From Candidatus Bathyarchaeia archaeon (lineage in GTDB: Archaea > Thermoproteota > Bathyarchaeia > 40CM-2-53-6): a DNA stretch of 38,961 nucleotides. This document shows positions 8,479 through 17,700 of this stretch, piece after piece. Made by a program: the position numbers and the translations under genes. The DNA lies in NCBI GenBank assembly GCA_035637575.1, contig DASPWY010000189.1:1-38961 (forward strand). The letters run 5' to 3'. Each line of letters begins with the position of its first letter. Position 1 is the stretch's first letter. The notes under the pieces were generated by a model. That model had not been told where the DNA came from, did not search any database, and was given only the letters and a program-made list of their open reading frames with translations.

Positions 8479-9207
8479 CTAGTGCCTTGCCCCGAGTCTC
8501 AGAAGGACTATTGGCGTCACTATTTGACGCCAGTCTTTCAAAGGAGATATGTGCGAATATCCCCTCTTCTGAGTTTGAGAATACGTCTTCGACACAGGAC
8601 GTTCGGTGAACCTGTAGCCGAGAGTCAGGACCTTGTAGTGAAGGTAGTATTCCAGCTCGTATCCGTTGAGCCATTCCTGCGAGACGTTGATTTCTGGGTC
8701 TTGCAGCAATGCGGCCCTATACGCTCTGAATCCGTTGGTGACCTCGGTGCAGTGGACTCCCGTAAGTAGGGTCCAGGCGAAAGGGAACAAGCGCGTGAAT
8801 ATTCTTCGCAAGAATGGTGTTCGCTCGCCTCTTCCGCCTGGGAGGAATCTCGATCCCTGGACGTAGTCGAAGCCGTCTCGGATGATGGGGCTGGTTAGCC
8901 TCGGTATTTCCTGGGGGTCGTCCTTTCCATTTCCTGCCATGACTACGATAATATCGGCTCTCTCGGACAGTGCAGAGGTGTACCCTTGCTTGATCGCGTA
9001 TCCAATGCCCTGCCTGACAGGGTTTTCGATGATTCGAATTGGAACCGTGGTCTGTTTCCTACTTGACTCTATCTCGGCCAATATGGCGGCATTAGGATTG
9101 TCGACAATTATATAGATCTGGTCGACAGAGTCGGGCGCAAACCTCTCGATCACGCGCCCAATCTTTCCGACTTCTCGATAGACCGGGATGATCGCAACGC
9201 GTCTCAT
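8479..9207 (-). CDS. Family 2 glycosyltransferase (soluble, Dpm1/GtrB-like size)
   Basis: 242 aa. Motifs: VAIIPVYRE, IYIIVDN, VVMAGNGKDDPQEI (DxD-like region) and YVQGSRF. ATGA overlap with the upstream acetyltransferase gene. Confidence 0.75.
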   Translation of the reverse strand: MRRVAIIPVYREVGKIGRVIERFAPDSVDQIYIIVDNPNAAILAEIESSRKQTTVPIRIIENPVRQGIGYAIKQGYTSALSERADIIVVMAGNGKDDPQEIPRLTSPIIRDGFDYVQGSRFLPGGRGERTPFLRRIFTRLFPFAWTLLTGVHCTEVTNGFRAYRAALLQDPEINVSQEWLNGYELEYYLHYKVLTLGYRFTERPVSKTYSQTQKRGYSHISPLKDWRQIVTPIVLLRLGARH

Positions 9208-9707
9208 CGACGAATTCTCTTACTGGGAAGTTTATGGCCGTTTATCTGCAAGGGGGGAGGTCTGTAGCCTACCACTTTCGCGGGGATTCCGATTGCGATA
9301 GCGTTGTCTGGAATGTTCTTTGTAACGACTGATCCTGATCCTATCAGCGCATTCTCTCCGATCCGCACTCCGGGATTGATTGTGCTTCCGGCCCCGATAG
9401 ACGCGAACTGTTTGACCCTCGTGTTGAGCCTCGTCCACTGTCCCTGTGCTCGCGGATGTTTGTCGTTGGTGAACGTGACGTTTGGGGCAATAAACACGTT
9501 GTCTTCTATGACTACACCTGTTGGGATGAAGACGAAAGGCCGAATCTTGCAATTGTCGCCTACCTTGACGCCTTCCTCGATGTACACGTAAGAGTCTATC
9601 TTTGTGTTCTTGCCTATCTCGCAGCCGTAGAGGTTTACTTGGTCGTAGATTCGCGCGTTGCGTCCTATCTTTGCATTGTTGATGATGGAGTATTTTGTTG
9701 GCTTCAT
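9204..9707 (-). CDS. Left-handed beta-helix sugar N-acetyltransferase (WbpD/WlbB/QdtC-like)
   Basis: 167 aa. Hexapeptide repeats run throughout (IGKNTKIDSYVYIEEGVKVGDNCKI...). NVTFTNDKHPR and the IGAGSTINPGVRIGENALIGSGSVV segment are typical of amino-sugar N-acyltransferases. ATGA overlaps at both ends. Confidence 0.75.
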   Translation of the reverse strand: MKPTKYSIINNAKIGRNARIYDQVNLYGCEIGKNTKIDSYVYIEEGVKVGDNCKIRPFVFIPTGVVIEDNVFIAPNVTFTNDKHPRAQGQWTRLNTRVKQFASIGAGSTINPGVRIGENALIGSGSVVTKNIPDNAIAIGIPAKVVGYRPPPLQINGHKLPSKRIRR

Positions 9708-10729
9708 TTCCTGACCGGGATTTCAGGCATAAATGGTAATGAGACCTGTACTGTGCGGTCTTGGAACATAGACTCTCTTGAAGCTTCCAACAGGGAGACG
9801 ACGCGGGCTCCAAGTATCCCGTCGGAATGATTCGCGTAGGGAGTAGAGTCTTGATTGTTCCGGATGCAGTCTGCGAAGTGAATGATCTCGCTAGCGAGCG
9901 TATTGCTTTGCACCACTGGGATCTCGCGTTTTCCCTGCGGTCCCTCGATGGAAAGTTTCTGCGTAACGCAGTCTAAGTGCGCCGTCCCTTCACTGCCTAT
10001 GACGGTGACTTCCCGCCTCTTCTCCCTGTCGAGCCAGCTGACCTCGATGCGTGCCATTACCCCTCCCTTGTGCTCTGCCGTGATAAACGCTACTTCCTCA
10101 TTCTGCTTCGTCCTGTATCCCCGCCCCTTGGCCGAGATCCTATCAGGCCATGAATCAAGAACATAGTTGCAGATGTCGAAAGGATGCGGAGCGAGGTCGG
10201 TTACGACTTCGCGTTGCAACTGTGGGCTCATGAACGCGGTCCATCTCAATCCCAGATAGTAAGGGTCGCCTATCCCGCCCTCTTCCAGCAAACGGCGGAG
10301 TTCGCGAACGCCGTTATTGAACCGGTGAATGTGTCCAACGCATAGAACGCGGTTGTTCTCCTTTGCGATCCTTACGAGTTCGTACGATTCCTCCGTCTTG
10401 AGTGTTAGCGGTTTTTCCACCAGCACATTCTTTCCTTGTCTAAGGAATCTTGAGGCTACTTCGAAGTGGGTACCGTTCGGTGTGCAGACATGGACCCCGG
10501 AAAGCGAAGGGTCAGACGTGAGTTCTTGATATCCCATCCTATAGCCAATGCCAGCACCGAATTCCTCCTGGCACTGAGCCAGCGACTGGGGAGAGCTGTC
10601 GACAATTGAATGAAGCTGGATCTGCCCGGTGGCTCGTCCTATCTCGAGTGTCTCCCGGATCACCTTTCTTCCCCAGTAGCCGGAGCCTATGACCGCTATT
10701 CGGAGAGGATTCATTCTTGAAAAAATCAC
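9704..10729 (-). CDS. Gfo/Idh/MocA-family NAD(P)-dependent sugar oxidoreductase (WbpB/WlbA-like)
   Basis: Rossmann motif RIAVIGSGYWG, the LVEKPL (EKP) motif and a GHIHRFN region. The track start is GTG 10729; ATG 10714 (MNPLRIAVIG) is an equally good start. Confidence 0.8.
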   Translation of the reverse strand: MIFSRMNPLRIAVIGSGYWGRKVIRETLEIGRATGQIQLHSIVDSSPQSLAQCQEEFGAGIGYRMGYQELTSDPSLSGVHVCTPNGTHFEVASRFLRQGKNVLVEKPLTLKTEESYELVRIAKENNRVLCVGHIHRFNNGVRELRRLLEEGGIGDPYYLGLRWTAFMSPQLQREVVTDLAPHPFDICNYVLDSWPDRISAKGRGYRTKQNEEVAFITAEHKGGVMARIEVSWLDREKRREVTVIGSEGTAHLDCVTQKLSIEGPQGKREIPVVQSNTLASEIIHFADCIRNNQDSTPYANHSDGILGARVVSLLEASRESMFQDRTVQVSLPFMPEIPVRK

Positions 10730-10827
10730 ACTCTGTTTAACAGTGCAACGATTGACTTCGTCGCGGCAAGACGACCTGCGGGGTAACTGGCAAGGTTCCG
10801 AGCCTCCCGCGCCAGATTGCCGGATTC

Positions 10828-11034
10828 TTACCCATATCTTCTACGCTGAATGTGCCGATCCCGATCTTTTGCTCTTAACTTAATCGGTGAGGAGGGATAT
10901 TCGTCAATAAAAATATGTCTGAAGATATGCCTAGATACATAATGAATAGCGATATGTTCTTCAAGAAATCCGCGTTCGCGGCTGCTCTTCCTGCACTTCG
11001 CGAATTGAAGGTCTGAGAGCTCTGGTTCAATCAT
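10828..11034 (-). CDS. Small basic hypothetical protein (doubtful)
   Basis: 68-aa ORF whose ATG overlaps the epimerase stop (ATGA at 11031-11034), which suggests coupling. I recognise no motif. Confidence 0.25.
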   Translation of the reverse strand: MIEPELSDLQFAKCRKSSRERGFLEEHIAIHYVSRHIFRHIFIDEYPSSPIKLRAKDRDRHIQRRRYG

Positions 11035-11981
11035 TGAATTCGTGATTTAACGGTTAGCTCGATCGATTCTCGACTGTCATGTACCGGCCTCCATCCTCTA
11101 GCTTTGAGTTTGCTGATGTCCAGGAGCATATTCTTCACATCTCCCAACCAGCCGCTTCCATCTCGCTGACCACCGGAAAGATTGAACCTTACTTCCTTCA
11201 GTCCCATCGTCTCAACTACCGTCGCGGCAATTTCCCTCACGCTGATCTGGTCGATAGAGCCGACGTTGAAAACCTCAATTGGCCTGCGGGCAGCTTTGAC
11301 TGACGATAGTATAGCCTCGACAGCATCGTCGACGTAGAGATATGATTTGGTCTGGTTACCATCTCCTAGAATCTGAAGCTCTCTTGGGTCTCGAATTAAT
11401 CTTCTAACAAAATCGTTCACTACCCCATGTGTACTCCTTGGACCCAATATGTTGGCGAACCTCAGGACTATACCCTGTCTGTTGAAGCTGTGGCAGTATG
11501 CGGAGATCATCGCCTCGCCAGCGAGCTTGGATGCACCGTAGAGTGAGATAGGCTCAAGGGGCGCATATTCCTCTGGGGTGGGAAGGGTCTTTGCCCTCCC
11601 GTAGATCGTGGATGTGGAGGCGAAGACGATCGTTGAAGCCTTGCTAGTTCTGAACGCTTCAAGCACGCAGTATGTAGCGTAGACGTTCTGTCGATAACAT
11701 TGTTTAGGATTGTTTAGTTCCATCCTGACTTCGGGGTTCGCAGCTAGATGGAACAGAATGTCGCAGTCGCGAGCCGCTTTGCGAATCTGAGCGGGCCTAG
11801 TGCAGTCTCCTGATACGATATCAAATCTGCTCTTGCCAGTCTCATGCAAAAGCGGACTAATGTTCTTCCTTGAGCCTACGGTAAAGTTGTCGAATGCTCT
11901 TGCTTCCCAGCCCGCCGCTATCAAAGCCTCGCAAAGGCTTGATCCGATGAATCCAGCACCCCCCGTAACCAGCGCTTTCAA
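11031..11981 (-). CDS. NAD-dependent nucleotide-sugar epimerase/dehydratase (extended SDR)
   Basis: 316 aa. MKALVTGGAGFIGS (GxxGxxG), STSTIYG and YGASKLAGE (YxxxK) are present. Confidence 0.85.
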   Translation of the reverse strand: MKALVTGGAGFIGSSLCEALIAAGWEARAFDNFTVGSRKNISPLLHETGKSRFDIVSGDCTRPAQIRKAARDCDILFHLAANPEVRMELNNPKQCYRQNVYATYCVLEAFRTSKASTIVFASTSTIYGRAKTLPTPEEYAPLEPISLYGASKLAGEAMISAYCHSFNRQGIVLRFANILGPRSTHGVVNDFVRRLIRDPRELQILGDGNQTKSYLYVDDAVEAILSSVKAARRPIEVFNVGSIDQISVREIAATVVETMGLKEVRFNLSGGQRDGSGWLGDVKNMLLDISKLKARGWRPVHDSRESIELTVKSRIQ

Positions 11982-12290
11982 AAGGCTTTTCCTCTCTTCC
12001 CGAAATGAAATAACCCGCCCCTTAAATTGATGAAGAGCCGATAGAGCGGCTCACTCGGATTGGATAAAATCTGCTTCGAACCGGAATGGAGTGTTCAAGT
12101 GCCTCCCTTTCGTATGCTATAGGATGAACTGAATGTTCCCCGACCAACATCGTTTGAACCTAAAATACGGAATAAGCCGCAATAAAGGCGCATCCCAAGA
12201 TATGTTTGGATACCCAAGGATCTATAGCTTGTCTAAGGTCAAGAATTGAATAAATAGCTGGCGGAGAAAACATCTAGCTAAGGATGCGAT

Positions 12291-13397
12291 GTGGATCTCG
12301 TGGATAGTATAGTATTGGTGAGTCCACGATACCCCCCGTACATTGGGGGAGTAGAGACCCATGTCTCGCAGATGGCGAAGAGAGCCAGGAAATTCTTTGA
12401 TCACGTGTCGGTGATAACCACGGACCCATCGTGGCATCTTGGGCACATTCAGAAGACTGCTGATGGACTGACTATTCATCGGATCCGATCCTTTGCCCCT
12501 AGCGAGAATTATCACTTCCCTTCTCCCATCGAGCTCTTCGCACAACTGAAGGAATCGCGTCCGCAAGTGCTTCACATACATGCCCTCCATGATCTTCCGG
12601 GCCCGGTTGCAGGTTTCATGGACTCTCAGAGTTCTCTCATTTTCACCCCTCACTATGTCGGAAGGATCAATTCGAGACTTGGCAGAGTCCTATTCAAAGC
12701 GTATCGGCCTCTAGTCCACAAACTGATCAAGAAGGTTCCGAGGATTATTTGCACGTCTCGTTTTGAAGCGCGCTTGATGGCCGCGACTTTTCCGGACTCT
12801 TCGGCAAAGATCGAACTTATCCCAAACGGTGTTGACCGCGAGTTTCAGGAAAAGTACCCTTGGAGAGAACCTGCAGAGCCGAGGATTCTCTACGCGGGAC
12901 GATTGGAGAGGTACAAGAACGTAGACAAGATCCTGAGGGCTGTCGCACAACTACAGCCAAAGTATGAAGACCTCAAGACAACAATCGTGGGCAGAGGCCC
13001 CTTCAAACCGGAACTGTTGAAGCTGGCTGCGAGCCTCAAGGTAAACGGTGGAGTAGAGTGGCTTGAAGGCTTGACGCGTGACGAGCTCTTCGAGCTCTAC
13101 TCGTCGGCTACCGCCGTAATCGTTCCTTCTGAGTCTGAGAGTATGGGCGTGGCAGCAGCAGAGGCTATTGGCGTTGGCGCGCCAACAATCGTCGCAGACG
13201 CGTCGGGACTCGCCGAGTTCGTCGAGGAGGGCCTCGCTCAGCCTATCGAGCCGCCTGTGACTTATGTGAAGCTCGCTCAAAAGATTGAGGAGGTTCTAGA
13301 GGATCCCAAGCGGTTCTCGCCAACTGGAATGAAATCGCCTTTGATCAAGACATGGGACGAGGTCGCGGAACAAACCTATCGCTCGTGTGCATCATGA
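12291..13397 (+). CDS. Family 4 (GT-B, group 1) glycosyltransferase
   Basis: 368 aa. N-terminus VSPRYPPYIGGVETHV. The C-terminal half has ILYAGRLERYKNVD and the EX7E region PSESESMGVAAAEAIGVGAP. Confidence 0.85.
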   Translation: MDLVDSIVLVSPRYPPYIGGVETHVSQMAKRARKFFDHVSVITTDPSWHLGHIQKTADGLTIHRIRSFAPSENYHFPSPIELFAQLKESRPQVLHIHALHDLPGPVAGFMDSQSSLIFTPHYVGRINSRLGRVLFKAYRPLVHKLIKKVPRIICTSRFEARLMAATFPDSSAKIELIPNGVDREFQEKYPWREPAEPRILYAGRLERYKNVDKILRAVAQLQPKYEDLKTTIVGRGPFKPELLKLAASLKVNGGVEWLEGLTRDELFELYSSATAVIVPSESESMGVAAAEAIGVGAPTIVADASGLAEFVEEGLAQPIEPPVTYVKLAQKIEEVLEDPKRFSPTGMKSPLIKTWDEVAEQTYRSCAS

Positions 13398-14478
13398 CAC
13401 CCATGCTAGGAGGAGTCTCCGAGTGAGCTTTCTCGAAAATCTGGGGATTGTGAAAACGGCTAGAAGAGAGGCTGAATCAGTTCTACTCCTCAAAGCCTTG
13501 ATCCAGAAGCAGGCCCTTCGTCCAGTAGACAAGAATCGATTCATAAAATTGGCAGAGAAAAACAAGGTAATCTTGAGAGCAGCACCGCTTCTAGACGCGC
13601 CAGATGGGGTCGTCAAGAAAGCGAAGATGGAGGCCGATGAGGCGATGCGCCTCTACGATCTGATGAGCGACGAATTCGAAAGGATAGGAGTCCCTTTCGT
13701 CGTGATAAAATCATTTGACTCGCTTCCAGATATCGGTCACGACCTCGACTTTCTCTTACCTGACTCTTCAGGATTCCGGAAGGCTGAGAAATTGCTGCTC
13801 GGCAAGATGAAGGTTCGGCCTCAGCCGTTGACGCACTGCGACAGGCTCGTGGGCAAGTTTAGCTGCTTCCTTCCGGGCTTCGACCACGACTTCGAGCTCT
13901 ACCCTACGATCAGCCAACTTGGCGAAGAACACGTGGAGCCCAGCAATATTCTCAAGGGTCGGAAAATCGAGAGTATCAAAGGCAAGAATGTCTGGGTGAC
14001 CTCTGACAAAGATCGAGTTCTGATAAGAATAATTCACGCAATGTTCCGGCACAACTTTCTGAAACTATCGGACATCATAGACTTTGAGGTTTTGATGCGC
14101 AACTGCACTACGAGAGAGATTCTCGACGAAGCGCAGAAAGCGGACATCGGAGATGCCTTTCTCTTCTTCATCGAGTCTATCGACCGATTCCTTACCGCAT
14201 GCAACGTCCTGGATCCTAAGATGAAGGAGATGAAAACAGAAGGCGAAAAGAGGTTTGGAAGGGATCGGCTTGGAGTCTTTCGGAGAGACAGGCTCGTCCT
14301 GCCCTACCGGATACCCACTATGGCGCTCATTATGATTTTCCTTCTCAAGGGAGTCAGAGAGGCCTCGAGAGGGAGATGGCAGAGCTCGCTGAAATGCCTT
14401 GTATCTCCCCCTCTACTCTTGCTGGATTTCGTCAACGCTGTCTTCGGGTTCAAGCTGCTCCGAGGGCGGTTATGGTAG
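13387..14478 (+). CDS. Uncharacterised nucleotidyltransferase-family protein (PF14907 / NTP_transf_5-like)
   Basis: 363 aa. IKSFDSLPDIGHDLDFLLPD resembles the GDxDLLV signature of this family. The track start is GTG 13387, overlapping the GT4 end by 11 nt. An alternative in-frame GTG at 13423 is preceded by AGGAGG at 13408-13413. Confidence 0.55.
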   Translation: MHHDTHARRSLRVSFLENLGIVKTARREAESVLLLKALIQKQALRPVDKNRFIKLAEKNKVILRAAPLLDAPDGVVKKAKMEADEAMRLYDLMSDEFERIGVPFVVIKSFDSLPDIGHDLDFLLPDSSGFRKAEKLLLGKMKVRPQPLTHCDRLVGKFSCFLPGFDHDFELYPTISQLGEEHVEPSNILKGRKIESIKGKNVWVTSDKDRVLIRIIHAMFRHNFLKLSDIIDFEVLMRNCTTREILDEAQKADIGDAFLFFIESIDRFLTACNVLDPKMKEMKTEGEKRFGRDRLGVFRRDRLVLPYRIPTMALIMIFLLKGVREASRGRWQSSLKCLVSPPLLLLDFVNAVFGFKLLRGRLW

Positions 14479-14479
14479 C

Positions 14480-15121
14480 GTGAAGACGGTACTGGTAACT
14501 CTGAGCGGGACGCACGGGAGTGGAAAGTCGACAAACGCGGGCAGGGTCTACTACTTGCTGAACGGATCGGGAAGAAAATTCTCCTACATACGGCACCAGG
14601 ACCTGCTCGACCCTTTTGGTTTCATAGTTAGGAGAATGGCGAGGATTCTTCATCTGGACGTGAACTACCTTGAAGGAACTGCCCCCGTCAGGCTTCTATG
14701 GTCATTCTACTTTCTCTTCATCTACTATCCCCTTCTGGCGGGCGGAATAGGTCTGAGACGTCGCGTGGGGTACAGCGTCGTCGCAGACCGGTATCTCTAC
14801 GACCTAATTGTCGGGTTTTGGGGGGTCAAACAGAGAGTCCCATTGGAGCATGTTCTGATATGGGTCCTTCCCCGACCTGACGTCTCATTCGTCTTCGAGG
14901 CTGACGAGCGAAGGATTCTAGCAGACAGGCCAGAGCACTCAGCGGAATTCATCAGAAACGAGAAGAGGCTGTACAACCGACTGGCAGAGCAATTCCATCT
15001 AACGAGAATTAACACGTCAGAATCCATCCAGTCGGTTTGGAAGCGCGTGGTCACAGAGATAGAAGCGTCAATGGAAAATCTTCCTGATGGAACAGACAGA
15101 CCGAGGGGCTATGAACAATGA
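14480..15121 (+). CDS. Thymidylate-kinase-like P-loop kinase with a hydrophobic insert
   Basis: I moved the start to in-frame GTG 14480, 1 nt after the upstream stop (TAG 14476-14478). LSGTHGSGKST is a Walker A, ADRYLYD is a DRY-type motif, and PRPDVSFVFEAD is also present. An unusual stretch, VRLLWSFYFLFIYYPLLAGGIGL, lies between the motifs. ATGA overlap with the next gene. Confidence 0.6.
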   Translation: MKTVLVTLSGTHGSGKSTNAGRVYYLLNGSGRKFSYIRHQDLLDPFGFIVRRMARILHLDVNYLEGTAPVRLLWSFYFLFIYYPLLAGGIGLRRRVGYSVVADRYLYDLIVGFWGVKQRVPLEHVLIWVLPRPDVSFVFEADERRILADRPEHSAEFIRNEKRLYNRLAEQFHLTRINTSESIQSVWKRVVTEIEASMENLPDGTDRPRGYEQ

Positions 15122-16644
15122 AAGCTATGGTCATCGGCCTCGACGCAGCATCTCCTTCTCTAATAGACAGATGGGCTGACCATCTACCGAATATCCGATC
15201 GCTGTGCAGCACTGGTGTTCACGGAGTACTAAATTCCATAGTCCCACCCTCTAGTGTGCCTGCGTGGCAGTGCTTCGCGACCGGCAAGAACCCGGCCAAG
15301 ATCGGAGTCTGGGGATTCCTCTCAATCGGACCCGATAGAAAGCTAAGACATGCAAGGACGCCTCAAGACATCGGTTGCATCTGGGACATTTGTGGAAATG
15401 CGGGATTCAAGGTCGGAGTCTTCAACGTACCTGGAACGTTCCCACCGTATCCTGTAAACGGATTCATGGTGTCCGGATTTCCAACACCTCCCGGAAAGCC
15501 ATGGGCATATCCAAAGGAAGTGATGCGAAGACTGGACAAGGCGGTCGACGGCTACGAAGTCGACGTTCCCTTAACCAAGCCCTCAGAAATGAAGGGTGGA
15601 GAAGAAGCTTACCTCATACAAGTGGAACGCCTCCACACCAAAAGCGTCGACTCGGCCAAACTGCTATTGGAATGGTACAAGCCCGAGCTGTTCGTGATGA
15701 CGCTTCAGGGAATCGACCTGGTGCAGCACGACTTCAGCCGGTACATGAACCAGCCCGGTTCTGAACACACCGACGTGGTCAGAGACTGGTACATCAAAGT
15801 AGACCAGGCGGTCGGAGAGCTGAGGCGACTGGCGACACAAGACACTACTTTCTTGATTCTCTCGGACCACGGATCGATCCCGATCAGTACATCATTCCAT
15901 GTCAACGAATACCTCAGGTCCCAAGGGATACTGAGAACCAATCAGACAACAGAAAGAAGGAATCATGATTTGAACAGTAGCCTTCGAAAGCTGATCCTCA
16001 GAACACTTCCACCAAGCGCGATCAGTACTCTCTACCGGGTGGTGCCGGATTCGTGGTCGCACAGGCTCACAGTCTCGGCTCAGTTTGAGAGGATGCTTAC
16101 ACAGCTCGTCAGAAGCATAGACTGGAAGAACACAAAAGCGTTCTCGACTGGCGGCCCGCAAGCGGCCATATTCATCAACTCCCGAGACTATGATGGCGGC
16201 TCTCTACGGGATCCGGGAAGAAGATCCGAACTGCTGCAGGATCTCCGTAACAAGTTTGGTAATCTCACTCATCCCAAGACGGGGGAAAGAATACGAGCCG
16301 TGTTTCACGTCAGAGAAGACACGTTCGAAGGTCCTTACCGATTGGAAGCTCCAGATCTTGCCGTCGAACTATTCTCACAAAGTGAGAAGATACACATCAA
16401 TATCAAGTTCGGCTCTGGAGACTTGTGGAGCTTTTCGCCCCACCTCTCTTCTGAACACGTCCGAGAGGGATTCTGGGCAATGTCTGGACCGGGTATTAGG
16501 CAGGGCCGGGTAGTAGACGCGAGCATCCTCGACATGGCTCCTACACTTCAGAAAATATTTGGGCTCAGCATTCCCGACGATGTCGACGGCAAAGTGGTGC
16601 AGTCAATATTCGAAGAACATCTTGTCGCCAGGATTCCGAGCTAG
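15118..16644 (+). CDS. Alkaline-phosphatase-superfamily protein (type I phosphodiesterase/nucleotide pyrophosphatase, PF01663-like)
   Basis: 508 aa. The N-terminus MKAMVIGLDAASPSLI...SIVPPSSVPAWQCFATGKNP is typical of the family's metal-site/nucleophile region. LILSDHGS is a distal metal-ligand motif. Confidence 0.7.
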   Translation: MKAMVIGLDAASPSLIDRWADHLPNIRSLCSTGVHGVLNSIVPPSSVPAWQCFATGKNPAKIGVWGFLSIGPDRKLRHARTPQDIGCIWDICGNAGFKVGVFNVPGTFPPYPVNGFMVSGFPTPPGKPWAYPKEVMRRLDKAVDGYEVDVPLTKPSEMKGGEEAYLIQVERLHTKSVDSAKLLLEWYKPELFVMTLQGIDLVQHDFSRYMNQPGSEHTDVVRDWYIKVDQAVGELRRLATQDTTFLILSDHGSIPISTSFHVNEYLRSQGILRTNQTTERRNHDLNSSLRKLILRTLPPSAISTLYRVVPDSWSHRLTVSAQFERMLTQLVRSIDWKNTKAFSTGGPQAAIFINSRDYDGGSLRDPGRRSELLQDLRNKFGNLTHPKTGERIRAVFHVREDTFEGPYRLEAPDLAVELFSQSEKIHINIKFGSGDLWSFSPHLSSEHVREGFWAMSGPGIRQGRVVDASILDMAPTLQKIFGLSIPDDVDGKVVQSIFEEHLVARIPS

Positions 16645-16659
16645 CCGCAATCATCGAAA

Positions 16660-17211
16660 TCACGGCTTATCTCTCACATTTTCGACGTCAGCAACATTCT
16701 CTCGAATCATTCGGCCGATTATGAGCTCCGCCTCCTTCTTTACAGCTGGTTGAGTCTCAACGACCACTAATCCTTGAGAAGGTTGTCCGTATAGCACGAG
16801 CCCTCCATCCGGGGACTCTACTATGCACGGAAGGGCTAGAAGATCCTCCTCCCCCTCGACATAGATGACAACATCTTCCTCTCTCATGGCCTGCTTGATG
16901 ACCTCCCAGGATCTCATTGAAATCACCCCAGCCGGATTCCTGACGTGGTATGTTTTTCGAGCTTTTATCGCGAACGAGCGAGCGGGTTTTCGCATTGAGA
17001 TATGATCAATTATCCTCAGGTCGACCGGGATTCCTGCTGCAAGGGTCTCTTGTGAGACCACGTCTCCGACCGCCGTTACTCTGCTCGGATGGTTTCTTCT
17101 CACCAGCATATTCAGTTCGGGCATTGTCTTGGATGGGTCTCCTGGAAGCAGCTTTCCGAACGGCTCCTTCAATCTCGCGAGGTCGGCCTGGTTCGGTCGA
17201 AGCTGAATCAT
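16660..17211 (-). CDS. GTP-dependent dephospho-CoA kinase (archaeal DUF359/COG1909 family)
   Basis: 183 aa. VTAVGDVVS, RIIDHISMRK and VEGEEDLLALP are characteristic of DUF359, the family assigned this activity in Thermococcus. ATGA overlap with the upstream cupin gene. Confidence 0.7.
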   Translation of the reverse strand: MIQLRPNQADLARLKEPFGKLLPGDPSKTMPELNMLVRRNHPSRVTAVGDVVSQETLAAGIPVDLRIIDHISMRKPARSFAIKARKTYHVRNPAGVISMRSWEVIKQAMREEDVVIYVEGEEDLLALPCIVESPDGGLVLYGQPSQGLVVVETQPAVKKEAELIIGRMIRENVADVENVRDKP

Positions 17212-17591
17212 CTACTCTCCTTGGGCGGAGAGTCAACATTGATCACGGGAGGGCCGCTACCCACAAGAGTGTTGACAACAACTAGCTCGTGGTCCTTGTT
17301 TGGATTCAGATCCCTGTGAACTAGGCCCGCCGGGATGTGAAAGAAGTCTCCAACACTCAGGTCAGCTATTTCCTTTTTTTTCAGAAAGTACTCGAGTTGA
17401 AGTCGACCTGAGACGATGAATCCGTAGAGTTGACGAGTCCCGTGATGATGCCATCCCGAGACGACTCCAGGAGCGACCTGTGACTGCGAGACGATAGTAG
17501 TCTCCGATTCGAACGCCTTTTTTCTAACGATGCCTTCAGTCGAATACCCGGCTCCTAGTTCAGAGCCTCGAACGACCTCGATGCGAGACAT
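17208..17591 (-). CDS. Cupin-domain protein
   Basis: 127 aa. GWHHHG...LYGFIVSG matches cupin motif 1, and GDFFHIPAGLVHRD matches motif 2. Confidence 0.7.
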   Translation of the reverse strand: MSRIEVVRGSELGAGYSTEGIVRKKAFESETTIVSQSQVAPGVVSGWHHHGTRQLYGFIVSGRLQLEYFLKKKEIADLSVGDFFHIPAGLVHRDLNPNKDHELVVVNTLVGSGPPVINVDSPPKESR

Positions 17592-17700
17592 GGTTCACTA
17601 GTTATCAGAGAGTGCTACTAAGACTTAGCTTCATCCTGCAAGCTCAAACATTTGAGAAGTTGACAAGAGCGACCATGATATCTACTTCCTACCCGGAGAT

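Noticed and set aside
8477-8674. N-terminal 66 codons of track ORF 6938-8674 (MAQRIRAGIL...).
   Set aside because: The extension lies entirely inside the well-supported GT2 gene 8479-9207 in another frame. ATG 8476 sits 2 nt after that gene's stop and fits the operon's tight coupling.
9232-9813. 193-aa alternative-frame ORF, and similar long shadow ORFs at 12222-12653, 19611-20048, 23458-23901 and 25046-25513.
   Set aside because: Each lies inside or antisense to a gene with clear family motifs. Their translations are low-complexity, R/S/P-rich and without motifs.
14399-14479. Upstream extension of the P-loop kinase ORF (MYLPLYSCWISS...).
   Set aside because: It overlaps the end of the NTase-like gene. 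In-frame GTG 14480 directly precedes the beta1-Walker A segment (VKTVLVTLSGTHGSGKST), as expected for this fold.
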